Below, in pieces: positions 44,118 to 59,731 of a DNA stretch of 64,000 nucleotides (its first letter is position 1; each line of letters opens with the position of its first letter). The DNA lies in NCBI GenBank assembly GCA_964016885.1, contig OZ024752.1, forward strand, positions 32,364,001 through 32,428,000, given 5' to 3'. The notes beneath the pieces were generated by a model. It worked only from the letters and a program-made list of their open reading frames with translations. It ran no database searches and had not been told where the DNA came from. Origin of the DNA: Eledone cirrhosa. Its lineage: Eukaryota. The translations under genes and the position numbers were made by a program.

Positions 44118-45367
44118 CACCCTCTTATTCGTTTCACTTTCAAATAAGCGATAACATTTTCTTCTTTTGATGAGTGGGGGAAAGATTTTGGATATTTTAC
44201 TTCAGGTTTAGGGGACCCCTCATACACAAAAAATCAGAATACACAGCAAACCCCCCAATTTTACATGTCAAAGTTACCTTGGTACAAGTAATTGGAATTG
44301 AAAAGTTATGCATACAGATATTAGATTTAAAAATTCTAACCATCGTAAAACTAAAAAGCCCAGCTGACGGCACAAATAAATTGCTACGACAGTCGCTGGT
44401 GGGTACCTTTGACCCTATTATTTGACCCCCATTAATTCCGGCCCAGCACGAAAGAATGAAAGCTTAAGTTGACCCCAGCAAGACTTGAACTCAAAGGAAC
44501 AAATATTGCAATGTATTTTGTCATACTTTCTAACGACCCTCACAATTCTTGTCGGTCGCGGTCGGCAGGAAAAGCGCACGAAGACAAGGAACCCCAGAAG
44601 GTCACAGTTCTTGAAATAAATGATTACAGTAAAAGAAAAAAAGGCCTAGTGCGTAATTATCAGACCATTTTTACTATGATAAAAGGAAATGTGGTTTCTA
44701 ACTTAGACTGAGGAACAGGAATGGCAGCGCTCCTGACATTTGCAAAGCCATCAAGTCTAGTATTTGGTGGGAGGAAGTGGCTCTTCTCTTAGACATAGAC
44801 TGGTGACGCCCATCTGAATGTTTGCAGCAGAGTGGACTCTGCTAAAGGCACGCAAGGGGCACGTTTTTTGTTTTTTTTTGTATTAAACCTGGCAACGAGT
44901 TAGGCCTAGCAAGCCAGGACATACAGTCCGTCGGGCTTTAGTGCAGTCACCGTGTATTTAATTTCACTCACAAGATATAGGTTGATTCGAGACTATAGTA
45001 GAAAGCATTGCTTCGAAATTATACGCAGTGTGCTGGACATCAGAACGACAATTACCAAATAAGTTTCCTTATACTAAATCCGAATCTTCAGTGGCGAACA
45101 ATATTGTTCCCAAAACCTCGCGTTACTTTTACCTAGAGCAGTTTCTGCTCCTTAATCTACCAACACAGACCCTCACTATGTACCTCAGATCTACTTGTTA
45201 TCCTTTTACTGACTTAATTTTCATAAACAACCAGTTCCTATCTATAATGTTCTTTACATGGAACAAGAGAATTTATTCTGGTTTATAAAGAACGTATATC
45301 TAGAAAGCGGGGAGCGGGCATTGAAAATTGAATTTGAAAAAATAGAATAGTTTAATAACAGGTTATA

Positions 45368-48300
45368 TAAACCCATGGAAGGGAAAAGTATGAACCCATG
45401 GAACGGAAAAGTATAAAACCACGGAACGGAAAAGTATGAACCCATGGAAGGGAAAAGTATAAACCATGGAAGGGAAAAGTATAAACCATGGAAGGGAAAA
45501 GTATAAACCATGGAAGGGAAAAGTATGAACCCATGGAAGGGAAAAGTATGAACCCATGGAAGGGAAAAGTATAAACCATGGAAGGGAAAAGTATGAACCC
45601 ATGGAAGGGAAAAGTATGAACCATGGAAGGGAAAAGTATGAACCCATGGAAGGGAAAAGTATAAACCATGGAAGGGAAAAGTATGAACCCATGGAACGGA
45701 AAAGTATAAAACCATGGAAGGGAAAAGTATAAACCATGGAAGGGAAAAGTATAAACCATGGAAGGGAAAAGTATAAAACCATGGAAGGGAAAAGTATAAA
45801 CCATGGAAGGGAAAAGTATAAACCATGGAAGGGAAAAGTATGAACCCATGGAAGGGAAAAGTATAAAACCATGGAAGGGAAAAGTATGAACCCATGGAAC
45901 GGAAAAGTATAAAACCATGGAAGGGAAAAGTATAAACCATGGAAGGGAAAAGTATGAACCCATGGAAGGGAAAAGTATAAACCATGGAAGGGAAAAGTAT
46001 AAACCATGGAAGGGAAAAGTATAAAACCATGGAAGGGAAAAGTATGAACCCATGGAAGGGAAAAGTATAAACCATGGAAGGGAAAAGTATAAACCATGGA
46101 AGGGAAAAGTATAAAACCATGGAAGGGAAAAGTATAAACCATGGAAGGGAAAAGTATGAACCCATGGAACGGAAAAGTATAAAACCATGGAAGGGAAAAG
46201 TATGAACCCATGGAACGGAAAAGTATAAAACCATGGAAGGGAAAAGTATAAACCATGGAAGGGAAAAGTATGAACCCATGGAAGGGAAAAGTATAAACCA
46301 TGGAAGGGAAAAGTATAAACCATGGAAGGGAAAAGTATAAAACCATGGAAGGGAAAAGTATAAAACCATGGAAGGGAAAAGTATAAACCATGGAAGGGAA
46401 AAGTATAAACCATGGAAGGGAAAAGTATAAACCATGGAAGGGAAAAGTATAAAACCATGGAAGGGAAAAGTATAAACCATGGAAGGGAAAAGTATAAACC
46501 ATGGAAGGGAAAAGTATGAACCCATGGAACGGAAAAGTATAAACCATGGAAGGGAAAAGTATAAACCATGGAAGGGAAAAGTATGAACCCATGGAACGGA
46601 AAAGTATAAAACCATGGAAGGGAAAAGTATAAAACCATGGAAGGGAAAAGTATGAACCCATGGAAGGGAAAAGTATAAACCATGGAAGGGAAAAGTATGA
46701 ACCCATGGAAGGGAAAAGTATAAACCATGGAAGGGAAAAGTATAAACCATGGAAGGGAAAAGTATAAAACCATGGAAGGGAAAAGTATAAACCATGGAAG
46801 GGAAAAGTATGAACCCATGGAAGGGAAAAGTATGAACCCATGGAACGGAAAAGTATAAAACCATGGAACGGAAAAGTATGAACCCATGGAACGGAAAAGT
46901 ATAAAACCATGGAAGGGAAAAGTATAAAACCATGGAAGGGAAAAGTATGAACCCATGGAAGGGAAAAGTATAAACCATGGAAGGGAAAAGTATAAAACCA
47001 TGGAAGGGAAAAGTATAAACCATGGAAGGGAAAAGTATGAACCCATGGAACGGAAAAGTATAAAACCATGGAAAGGAAAAGTATGAACCCATGGAACGGA
47101 AAAGTATGAACCCATGGAACGGAAAAGTATAAAACCATGGAACGGAAAAGTATAAAACCATGGAAGGGAAAAGTATGAACCCATGGAACGGAAAAGTATG
47201 AACCCATGGAACGGAAAAGTATAAAACCATGGAAAGGAAAAGTATAAAACCATGGAAGGGAAAAGTATAAACCATGGAAGGGAAAAGTATGAACCCATGG
47301 AAGGGAAAAGTATGAACCCATGGAACGGAAAAGTATAAAACCATGGAACGGAAAAGTATAAAACCATGGAAGGGAAAAGTATAAAACCATGGAAGGGAAA
47401 AGTATGAACCCATGGAAGGGAAAAGTATAAAACCATGGAAGGGAAAAGTATAAACCATGGAAGGGAAAAGTATAAACCCATGGAACGGAAAAGTATGAAC
47501 CCATGGAACGGAAAAGTATAAACCATGGAAGGGAAAAGTATAAACCATGGAAGGGAAAAGTATAAAACCATGGAAGGGAAAAGTATAAAACCATGGAAGG
47601 GAAAAGTATGAACCCATGGAAGGGAAAAGTATGAACCCATGGAAGGGAAAAGTATGAACCCATGGAAGGGAAAAGTATGAACCCATGGAACGGAAAAGTA
47701 TAAAACCATGGAAGGGAAAAGTATAAACCATGGAAGGGAAAAGTATAAACCATGGAAGGGAAAAGTATAAAACCATGGAAGGGAAAAGTATGAACCCATG
47801 GAAGGGAAAAGTATGAACCCATGGAAGGGAAAAGTATGAACCCATGGAAGGGAAAAGTATGAACCCATGGAACGGAAAAGTATAAAACCATGGAAGGGAA
47901 AAGTATAAACCATGGAAGGGAAAAGTATAAACCATGGAAGGGAAAAGTATGAACCCATGGAAGGGAAAAGTATAAACCCATGGAAGGGAAAAGTATAAAC
48001 CATGGAAGGGAAAAGTATAAAACCATGGAAGGGAAAAGTATAAAACCATGGAAGGGAAAAGTATAAACCATGGAAGGAAAAGTATGAACCCATGGAAGGG
48101 AAAAGTATAAACCCATGGAAGGGAAAAGTATAAAACCATGGAAGGGAAAAGTATAAACCATGGAAGGGAAAAGTATAAACCATGGAAGGGAAAAGTATGA
48201 ACCCATGGAAGGGAAAAGTATAAAACCATGGAAGGGAAAAGTATAAACCATGGAAGGGAAAAGTATAAAACCATGGAAGGGAAAAGTATGAACCCATGGA

Positions 48301-48865
48301 AGGGAAAAGTATAAAACCATGGAAGGGAAAAGTATAAACCATGGAAGGGAAAAGTATAAAACCATGGAAGGGAAAAGTATGAAACCATGGAAGGGAAAAG
48401 TATAAAACCATGGAAGGGAAAAGTATAAACCATGGAAGGGAAAAGTATAAACCATGGAAGGGAAAAGTATAAACCATGGAAGGGAAAAGTATGAACCCAT
48501 GGAACGGAAAAGTATAAAACCATGGAAGGGAAAAGTATAAACCATGGAAGGGAAAAGTATAAACCATGGAAGGGAAAAGTATGAACCCATGGAACGGAAA
48601 AGTATAAAACCATGGAAGGGAAAAGTATAAACCATGGAAGGGAAAAGTATGAACCCATGGAACGGAAAAGTATAAAACCATGGAACGGAAAAGTATAAAC
48701 CATGGAAGGGAAAAGTATAAACCATGGAAGGGAAAAGTATAAACCATGGAAGGGAAAAGTATGAACCCATGGAACGGAAAAGAATGAACCCATGGAAGGG
48801 AAAAGTATAAAACCATGGAAGGGAAAAAGTATGAACCCATGGAACGGAAAAGGTATAAACCCAAT
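45368..48865. repeat. 21-22-bp minisatellite, about 160 copies
   Basis: ccatggaa(g/c)ggaaaagtat(aaa/aaaa/gaac). Confidence 0.97.
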
Positions 48866-49015
48866 GAACTGAAAGGGCAGAAACCTACCAAGGGCGAAGT
48901 CTTCTAAGTTCAATTTTATTCTGGTTTAGTTGAGAATTGGAAGGTTAGTAGGTTAATATTGATTTTTAAGAATCTGAGCGTGTAAATATGGAAAGGGAAT
49001 GCATTAAAGGTTGGG

Positions 49016-49059
<44 letters not shown>

Positions 49060-49063
<4 letters not shown>

Positions 49064-49316
49064 AGCGAACGAAACCCTATATATATAGAGAAAGCGAACG
49101 AAACCCTATATATATATAGAGAAAGCGAACGAAACCCTATATATATATAGAGAAAGCGAACGAAACCCTATATATATATAAAGCGAACGAAACCCTATAT
49201 ATATAGAAAGCGAACGAAACCCTATATATATAGAAAGCGAACGAAACCCTATATATATATATAGAGAAAGCGAACGAAACCTATATATATAGAGAGAGAA
49301 AGCGAACGAAACCCTA
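49060..49316. repeat. About 30-bp minisatellite gaaagcgaacgaaaccc(ta)n, about 9 copies
   Basis: Direct reading. Confidence 0.9.
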
Positions 49317-49799
49317 AGGGTAGAAACGTAATCCTGGTATGTGCATATGCATTTTTTCTTCTAACTTTAATTTTATACCTAATTGTGTATGGTTGACGAT
49401 ATATTTAATCGATTGCCACGTGCTATTGAAATGATCGGTAAATATTCTATGGCTGTTGGTCGCGAATAAATGGGTATCGTTTATTTATCTATTATTTCTT
49501 CACAGGTGCCTTTTAATCTTATAGCCTGGTTTAATTGATTATGCTAATTGGGAGATATGATTCTAAGGACATAATTTATAGTATATATATATATATATAT
49601 ATAGTTATACTTTGGGAGGGTCATGTTGCCAATAAGAAACACACGCACCAGTTGCTTTCACTTCAATTTATTATAAATTTAGGAATTTATAAATTACCGG
49701 TTGGTTGGTTGGTTGGTTCCACAACCAGATGATTGTTTATATATTGTCAAAGTTCTTTCGTCACACATTCTGTGACCTCTTCAGTGACTGGGGATTCTT

Positions 49800-50597
49800 T
49801 TCTTTGTTTTTGTGCCTCTCCTTTGTTCTGTCCTACGCCATCTTGTTTGATGGCGTAGGACAGAACAAAGGAGAGGCAGCTCTACCAGTTCGAGACAAGC
49901 TCTACAGATATGGGCGCCCGGGCAGGGACCCTTCGAAAAAGATCTGTCCGTGGTCCATACGAGACGAAGAAACCGTCGCGCAAGCATTCATACACTGCCC
50001 GGGCGTCACTGACCTGTGGGGCTATGTAGAACGACTATTGTCGCAGGTGGGACCAATCCAGTTGACCACCGAGTCCATTGTCATGATCAAACCGCCACCC
50101 TGCTTCAAAAACGAAGGAGAGGCGGTTTTCCTTTGTGTAATAGCTATGGCGAAAGAGGTTGTATGGTGGACAAGGTTGAAAGGGCTGAGGTCAGACACCT
50201 TTCTCTCCGGCCAACAACTGATTATTTTTTTCAAATACCACTTTGGAAGAAGAATCAGGATGGAGAGAGAGGTGCTGTACCCCAGCAAGTTTTATGAAAG
50301 GTGGGTGAAAGTGAGGAGAATGGCCCGAGTGAATGGGCCTTCTCTCTATATCAGCCTGTAGGTTGAGGAAAAAGAGGAAGAGAGGAAAGGGGTACTCACT
50401 CTTCGTACTCCTGGAGATGAGGGTTGCACATATTTTCGGGGGTATGTGTTACCCATATGAAATGTCTCTCCCTATTGGGGAAAATCGATTAACTTTTAAA
50501 TTGTATTTGTGATAATATTTTACACGTTTTTATTGTATGTAAACTTCCCCCTTTGTATTTGTCCCCTTCTTTTGTGCCCTTGTGGCTAATAAAGAAA
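49800..50597 (+). mobile_element. 5'-truncated Tx1/L1-like LINE (ORF2 C-terminal zinc-knuckle region plus 3' UTR)
   Basis: LPVRDKLYR...CPW...EETVAQAFIHCP...LW resembles zf-RVT; stop at 50361; ends aataaagaaac(at)n. Confidence 0.75.
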
Positions 50598-50795
50598 CAT
50601 ATATATATATATATATATATATACAAACAATGAGTTATATGGTTTGTTGATTCTCATTCAACAAAGTTATTTTTATAACAGATTTGAAGCACTCTACAAA
50701 TTTTATCTGGAGTATTATTAATAGTAACAGTATTAATAAATGGAAAATATCATATTTATTTTATTATACGTATTTCAAGGACACACATATATATA

Positions 50796-50848
<53 letters not shown>

Positions 50849-50880
50849 TAATGGATTTTAGTCTTCTAATTTATTATTAT

Positions 50881-50917
<37 letters not shown>

Positions 50918-51252
50918 GGGCCCACTTGCAAGTAAATCTGTTGATCATATGCAAACTTCTTCATAACTTGGACTTTTTTCTCCCACCTTGTAGAAATCTT
51001 ATAACGAAACGATCGTATGGAAAGGGAGATTTATTTAATTATGTCTCATATAAAATAATACAGCCGACTTTCCACACAATAGTTAGCACCCCAAACGTAT
51101 AATTGGGAATATACTTAGGTATTTCCTAATGTTTGTTGAGTGAGATGGAAGTTGGTCGGAGTATTGCTATTAGCTTTCTCTGTTAATATATTAAATATAT
51201 ATATATATTAATTCAAAATATTAACAAAATAGATATTCTTGTGATCAATTAT

Positions 51253-51317
51253 ATTTTATAATACATATTTCAGAGGTACTGAGTTAAGTTCAACAGTACG
51301 TCCTCATCAAATAAAAT
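51253..51317 (-). ncRNA. Degenerate hammerhead (family F; UUGAUGA) in palindrome 51207-51402
   Basis: tattttat TTGATGA ggacgtactg...cagtacctct GAAA TATGTA TT ataaaata. Confidence 0.55.
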
Positions 51318-51493
51318 AAAATGATACAGTACCTCAGAAATATGTATAATAAAATATAATTGATCACAAGAATATCTATTTTGTTAATATTTTGAATTAA
51401 TATTAATAACTCTGGAAAACATTCTTTGTTGAGTGCTTCCAATCTATTGTAAAACTCATTCTTTGATGTATTCATTGAACCTTGTTTAACTCT

Positions 51494-51551
<58 letters not shown>

Positions 51552-51610
51552 TATATATATATATATATACGATATTAAATAAATGGAAACTATATTTATA
51601 AAACCATATT

Positions 51611-51675
51611 TATTTCATTATACATATTTCAGGGATACCAAATTAAAATATGGTATGCCTTCATCAGACAAAATA
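51611..51675 (-). ncRNA. Hammerhead ribozyme (family B), left arm of inverted repeat 51568-51882
   Basis: tattttgt CTGATGA ...atacca/tggtat... GAAA TATGTA TA atgaaata. Confidence 0.75.
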
Positions 51676-51774
51676 CAATATATAAACAGTTTTATAAATA
51701 ATTTTGACGTACCCTATTAGATGCGACCATTATTTTTGGAAGCTGTCTGGATACTATCCAGACAGCTTCCAAAA

Positions 51775-51838
51775 ATTTTGTCTGATGAAAGCATACCATA
51801 TTTTAATTTGGTATCCCTGAAATATGTATAATGAAATA
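51775..51838 (+). ncRNA. Hammerhead ribozyme (family B), right arm
   Basis: CTGATGA 51782-51788; GAAA 51819-51822. Confidence 0.75.
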
Positions 51839-52098
51839 AATATGGTTTTATAAATATAGTTTCCATTTATTTAATATCGTATATCTACTATAAAAACTTG
51901 TCGAGTGCTTTATATCAGTTATAAAATATTTACTTGTTGTATCCCAACAATTTTAAATAGAACTTTTGCATATATATATATATATATACGTAGGTCCCGG
52001 GTTGAGTCGGTAAGTAAGGTACTCAATACATGGCAGTAAGTAAGGTACTCAATACATGGCAGAGTAAATTTTTTATTTTTTTTTATTTTATAGAAGGA

Positions 52099-52147
52099 AC
52101 TTCTACAGGACTAGTACTGTTTCATTCAGATGAAATCTTCAGGAAGC
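52099..52147 (-). ncRNA. Hammerhead ribozyme (family J)
   Basis: gcttc CTGAAGA t ttca tc tgaa t GAAA CAG tactagtc CTG TA gaagt. Confidence 0.75.
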
Positions 52148-52255
52148 TCATCTGAATGAAACTCATCTGAATGAAACAGTACTAGTCCTGTAGAAGTTCC
52201 TTCTATAAAATAAAAAAATTTTACTCTGCCACGTATTGAGTACCTTACTTACTAT

Positions 52256-52304
52256 GCTTCCTGAAGATTTCATCTGAATGAAACAGTACTAGTCCTGTAG
52301 AAGT
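52256..52304 (+). ncRNA. Hammerhead ribozyme (family J)
   Basis: Same fold; CTGAAGA 52261-52267, GAAA 52280-52283. Confidence 0.75.
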
Positions 52305-52784
52305 TCCTTCTATAAAATAAATAAAAAAATATATATATATATATATATGAGAGAGGATGAATGGACCCCAGTACTGAACTCGTACTTTATTTGTCGACAT
52401 CGAAAGGACGAAAGCATGGTGGGATTTGAACTCACAAGACACAGAGAGAGAGAGAGAGAGAGAGAGCTGAAACAAATACTGTATAATATTATATCTGACA
52501 TTCCAACGACGTTCCAATTTACCGCCACCTCTGATATCAGATACAAGATATGCAATTAGGTTTATCGATTTGGCTTGAACTTCAGACGACATGTCTTGCA
52601 GCAGAAATCTTTTGTATGAAGGATAAAAGGAACGAAAGGGACTCGACATGTTATAGAATTTATTCAACTAGAGTAAATAGCTTTCTCTTCGATTCGGTTT
52701 GTTGCACTTCTGACTAAATGGCTAATTTAACCTCCACTGAATTAAACTTGCGATATTGCAAATCACACACGTGTGTGTGTGTGT

Positions 52785-52855
<71 letters not shown>

Positions 52856-53231
52856 TATGCGTGTGTGTATATATGCGTGTGTGTGTATATATGTATTTGT
52901 ATGTATATGTATATATATATATCTATACACATATGTATGTGTATATATTCATATATGTATGTATATATATATATGTATGTATATGGATATATATATATAT
53001 ACATATTTATGTATATGGATATATGTATATGGATATATATATATATATATGTATATGGATATATATATATACATATTTATGTATATGGATATATGTATAT
53101 GGATATATATATATATATATATGTATATGGATATATATATATACATATGTATGTATATGGATATACATATGTATGTATATGGATATATATTTATATATAT
53201 ATATATATGTATACACATATATATATATAGT

Positions 53232-53850
53232 TATGTATGTCAGGTCACCAGTTGGTGCTACTGGTAACATGTATCCCAGTACAACCTGTCTCATGGTCGG
53301 GTCGTTGGCGACTAAACTGGCAACCCCACCAAGGTTTCTTGGTGAGGAGGGTGACTTTGGACTAAAAACTGCAGGACTAAAAACAAAACCTGTCAAAGGG
53401 CAAAGGAGCTCATAAGAGTCAATGGCCATCCAAAATCACCGGGAGAGATGACCCCTTAGCCTTTGTCAAGGCAGAATTCTAGAAGAAGGAAAACTCTGAT
53501 ATAACACCTGCAACCCTGATGGTATCCAATGATGTTGACTTGTTCTTCTTTTTGGTAAATATCATCTTGGTTAAGAGAGTGGGACTGGCTTTGTGCAGTG
53601 CCTTTGCTCACTATAAAAGCTTCACGGCACAGCCATTGCTTTATATCAGGAGATCTCTCTGCACTTGTCGTCACATGGTACCATGGGCCCAGCACTATGT
53701 GTCAGTAATTGTCACAAGTGTAGTGTTTGTACCAGAGTTTTCAAGTCGCTGGCTGGACTAAAAAGTCACACTCATTCAGCGCATCGGTAGGGGTTCTCCT
53801 ACATGGATATAAAGTAGTGGCCGTACTCGAAAACGAGTTGGCAGCCACCA
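53232..53850 (+). mobile_element. Internally deleted RTE-like element
   Basis: 53713-53790 translates to [25 protein letters not shown], an RTE-like terminal C2H2 motif; flanked by TA tracts. Confidence 0.6.
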
Positions 53851-54144
53851 TATAGGTATGTATATATATATGTATATAGGTATGTATATATATATATAGG
53901 TATGTATATATATATATGTATGTATATATATATATAGGTATATAGGTATATATATACGAGATATAGGTATGTATATATATAGGTATATAGGTATGTATAT
54001 ACGAGATATAGGTAGGTATATATATATATATATGTGTATATAGGTATGTATATATATAGGTGTGTATATAGGTATGTATATATATAGGTATGTATATATA
54101 TATGTATATAGGTATGTATATATATATATATATATGTATATAGG

Positions 54145-54185
<41 letters not shown>

Positions 54186-54722
54186 ATAGGTATGTATATA
54201 TATATATATGTATATAGGTATGTATATATATATATATATATATGTATATAGGTATGTATATATATATATATGTATATAGGTATGTATATATATATGTATA
54301 TAGGTATGTATATATATATATATATGTATATAGGTATGTGTATATATATATATATGTATATAGGTATGTATATATATATATATATATGTATATAGGTATG
54401 TATATATATATATATATATATGTATATAGGTATGTATATATATATATATATATGTATATAGGTATGTATATATATATATATATATGTATATAGGTATGTA
54501 TATATATATATATATATGTATATAGGTATGTATATATATATATATATATGTATATAGGTATGTATATATATATATATATATGTATATAGGTATGTATATA
54601 TATATATATATATGTATATAGGTATGTATATATATATATATATATGTATATAGGTATGTATATATATATATATATATGTATATAGGTATGTATATATATA
54701 TATATATATGTATATAGGTATG

Positions 54723-54755
<33 letters not shown>

Positions 54756-54992
54756 GTATGTATATAGGTATGTATATATATATGTATATAGGTATGTATA
54801 TATATATATATATGTATATAGGTATGTGTATATATATGTATGTATATAGGTATGTATATATATATATATATATATGTATATAGGTATGTATATATATATA
54901 TATATGTATATAGGTATGTATATATATATATATATATATATAGGTATGTATATATATATATATGTATATAGGTATGTATGTATGTATATAGG

Positions 54993-55030
<38 letters not shown>

Positions 55031-55034
55031 TATG

Positions 55035-55072
<38 letters not shown>

Positions 55073-55142
55073 TATGTATGTATATATATATATATATATA
55101 TATATAGGTATGTATGTATATATATATATATATATATATAGG

Positions 55143-55186
<44 letters not shown>

Positions 55187-56218
55187 GGTATGTATATATA
55201 TATGTATATAGGTATGTATATATATATATATAGGTATGTATATATATATATATATAGGTATGTATATATATATATGTATATAGGTATGTATATATATATG
55301 TATATAGGTATGTATATATATATATATAGGTATGTATATATATATATATATAGGTATGTATATATATATATATATATATAGGTATGTATATATATATATA
55401 TGTATATATAGGTATGTATATATATATATATGTATATATAGGTATGTATATATATATGTATATATAGGTATGTATATATATATATATATGTATATATAGG
55501 TATGTATATATATATATATGTATATATAGGTATGTATATATATATATATGTATATATAGGTATGTATATATATATATATGTATATATAGGTATGTATATA
55601 TATATATATGTATATATAGGTATGTATATATATATATATGTATATATAGGTATGTATATATATATATATGTATATATAGGTATGTATATATATATATATG
55701 TATATATAGGTATGTATATATATATATATGTATATATAGGTATGTATATATATATATATGTATATATAGGTATGTATATATATATATATGTATATATAGG
55801 TATGTATATATATATATATGTATATATAGGTATGTATATATATATATATGTATATATAGGTATGTATATATATATATATGTATATATAGGTATGTATATA
55901 TATATATATGTATATATAGGTATGTATATATATATATATGTATATATAGGTATGTATATATATATATATGTATATATAGGTATGTATATATATATATATG
56001 TATATATAGGTATGTATATATATATATATATATATATAGGTATGTATATATATATATATGTATATATAGGTATGTATATATATATATATATATATATAGG
56101 TATGTATATATATATATATATATATATAGGTATGTATATATATATATATATGTATATATAGGTATGTATATATATATATATATATATAGGTATGTATATA
56201 TATATATATATATATAGG

Positions 56219-56251
<33 letters not shown>

Positions 56252-56712
56252 GTATGTATATATATATATATATATATATAGGTATGTATATATATATATA
56301 TATATATATATAGGTATGTATATATATATATATATGTATATAGGTATCTATATATATATATATATATATATATAGGTATGTATATATATATATATATATA
56401 GGTATGTATATATATATAGATATATATAGGTATGTATATATATATATATATATATAGGTATGTATATATATATATATATATATAGGTATGTATATATATA
56501 TATATATATATATAGGTATGTATATATATATATATATATGTATATAGGTATCTATATATATATATATATATATAGGTATGTATATATAGATATATATAGG
56601 TATGTATATATATATATATATATATATAGGTATGTATATATATATATATATATATATAGGTATGTATATATATATATATATATATATAGGTATGTATATA
56701 TATATATATAGG

Positions 56713-56752
<40 letters not shown>

Positions 56753-56864
56753 TATGTATATATATATATATATATATATATAGGTATGTATATATATATA
56801 TATATATAGGTATGTATATATATATATATATATATAGGTATGTATATATATATATATATATAGG

Positions 56865-56897
<33 letters not shown>

Positions 56898-57676
56898 GTA
56901 TGTATATATATATATATATATATATAGGTATGTATATATATATATATATATATATAGGTATGTATATATATATAGATATGTATATAGGTATATATATATA
57001 TATATATATATAGATACGTATATAGGTATATATATATATATAGATATGTATATAGGTATGTATATAGGTATGTATGTATATATGTATATAGGTATGTATA
57101 TATATATATGTATATAGGTATGTATATATATGTATGTATATAGGTATGTATATATATATATGTATATAGGTATGTATATATATATATGTATATAGGTATG
57201 TATATATATATATATATATAGGTATGTATATATATATATGTATATAGGTATATATATATATATATGTATATAGGTATATATATATATATATATGTATATA
57301 GGTATGTAGATATATATATGTATATAGGTATGTATATATATATATGTATATAGGTATGTATATATATATATGTATATAGGTATGTATATATATATATGTA
57401 TATAGGTATATACATATGTATATAGGTATGTATATGTATATAGGTATATATATATATATATGTATATAGGTATGTATATATATATATGTATATAGGTATA
57501 TATATATGTATATAGGTATGTATATGTATATAGGTATATATATATATATGTATATAGGTATGTATATATATATATATGTATATAGGTATATATATATGTA
57601 TATAGGTATGTATATGTATATAGGTATATATATATATAATATATAAGATCAAAAGATGGTTAAAGGAGTTCCATGG

Positions 57677-57746
57677 ATTTTATTATGCGCATTTCAAAAA
57701 CAAACATCATCATGCAATAATATTTGTGTTTTCATCAGATAAAACA
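57677..57746 (-). ncRNA. Hammerhead ribozyme (family G), left arm
   Basis: Near-identical to 40860-40930. Confidence 0.85.
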
Positions 57747-57834
57747 GGAGGACATGATATGAAGGCTAAAAAACACTTGTGGATAGTGCAGTTTTAAATC
57801 AACATATCATTTTAGCCTTCATATCATGTCCTCC

Positions 57835-57904
57835 TGTTTTATCTGATGAAAATACAAATATTATTGCATGATGATGTTTGTTTTTGAAATGCGCATAATA
57901 AAAT
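57835..57904 (+). ncRNA. Hammerhead ribozyme (family G), right arm
   Basis: CTGATGA 57843-57849; GAAA TGCGCA TA ataaaat. Confidence 0.85.
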
Positions 57905-58031
57905 CCATGGAACTCCTTTAACCATCTTCTGTTCTTATATATTATGTATACTCCAGTCCTACAAACTGTAGAGTGCTTCTTATCCGATATCTGCATTGCT
58001 TTATTGTACTACAATAAAACTCACCTCCTAC

Positions 58032-58071
<40 letters not shown>

Positions 58072-58802
58072 GGTATGTGTATATATATATATGTATATAG
58101 GTATGTATAGATATATATAGGTATATATATATATATGTATAGATATATATAGGTATATATATATATATGTATAGATATATATAGGTATATATATGTATAG
58201 ATATATATAGGTATATATAGGTATATATATGTATAGATATATATAGGTATATATAGGTATATATATATATATATGTATATAGGTATGTATATATATATAT
58301 ATATGTATATAGGTATGTATATATATATATATATATGTATATAGGTATGTATATATATATATATATGTATATAGGTATGTATATATATATATATATGTAT
58401 ATAGGTATGTATATATATATATATATGTATATAGGTATGTATATATATATATATATGTATATAGGTATGTATATGTATATAGGTATGTATATGTATATAT
58501 GTATATAGGTATGTATATGTATATATATATATATAGGTATGTATATATGTATATAGGTATGTATATATATATATATGTATATAGGTATGTATATATATAT
58601 ATATATATATAGGTATGTATATATGTATATAGGTATGTATATATATATATATATATGTATATAGGTATGTATATATATATATATGTATATAGGTATGTTT
58701 ATATATATATATATATGTACGTTATTCCGGGTTGAATCGGAGGTAACCACAGTAAGTAAGGTACTCAATACATAGCAGAGTATAACAGTTTTAATATAGA
58801 TG

Positions 58803-58853
58803 AGATTCTACAGGACTAGAACTGTTTCATTCATTAGAAATCATCAGGAATCT
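58803..58853 (-). ncRNA. Hammerhead ribozyme (family J)
   Basis: agattc CTGATGA t ttc taat gaa t GAAA CAG ttctagtc CTG TA gaatct; stem I covaries with 52256-52304. Confidence 0.8.
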
Positions 58854-59569
58854 GGGTATCAAAAAATAAATATTGTATTTATAGGTCTCTACAAGAGGTA
58901 GGAGAGGGTGGGGAGTGGGATGGGTGTAGGTCATTGGTTGATAGAAAAGGGAATTCATTAAAAGCTAATTCTACAAAGCTATAGTTAATTTTTATTTATA
59001 TTTATTTTTGTTTTTAGAGTAACAAAGGCAGACAGAATTCTATAAACAGGTTCCGGATGGCATACCATTCCTTGTCAATAAGTTTCTCTTAAGCTAACAG
59101 ATGTCTATAAAATCAGTGGGGGGTCAGTCATGCTCGATAGAATTAAAGAAAAGGGAGATTCTTTAAAAGCTAAAGTCATTAAGGTTCTACTAAGTGACAA
59201 AGGTCTAGGGAATTCTGCAGACAGATTCAAAATACTGAGTGCATATCTTACTATTATCTTCGAGCTTCTCTTAAACTAATCAACAATATGCCAAAATCAA
59301 CAGACACATTCACAAAAAAACAAAAAAACCCAAAAAAACAAAAAAACAGAAAAACAAAAAAACACATAAAAAACAAAAAAACACACATACTCACTCACAC
59401 ACTTACGCGCAACCATAAACACACACACAAACACATATACACACATAAAAACACACACACATATATAAAGAATATATAAATATATACAAATATATATTCA
59501 TGTACACACACATACATACTCACATACATACATACATACATATATAATACATATACACAAATACATACG

Positions 59570-59635
<66 letters not shown>

Positions 59636-59656
59636 CATACACACACACACACATAT

Positions 59657-59731
<75 letters not shown>

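Larger units (their letters stand above)
53851..58716. repeat. (TA)n-derived taggtatg minisatellite, including a perfect 30-bp block at about 55470-56010
   Basis: Direct reading; interrupted by an element at 57638-58032. Confidence 0.95.

Noticed and set aside
45254-48913. ORFs over 1100 aa in three frames
   Set aside because: Minisatellite lacking stops; mixed 21/22-bp units shift frame freely.
58860-59290. Penelope GIY-YIG or RT coding remnant upstream of the family J ribozyme
   Set aside because: No recognisable ORF or motif by eye.
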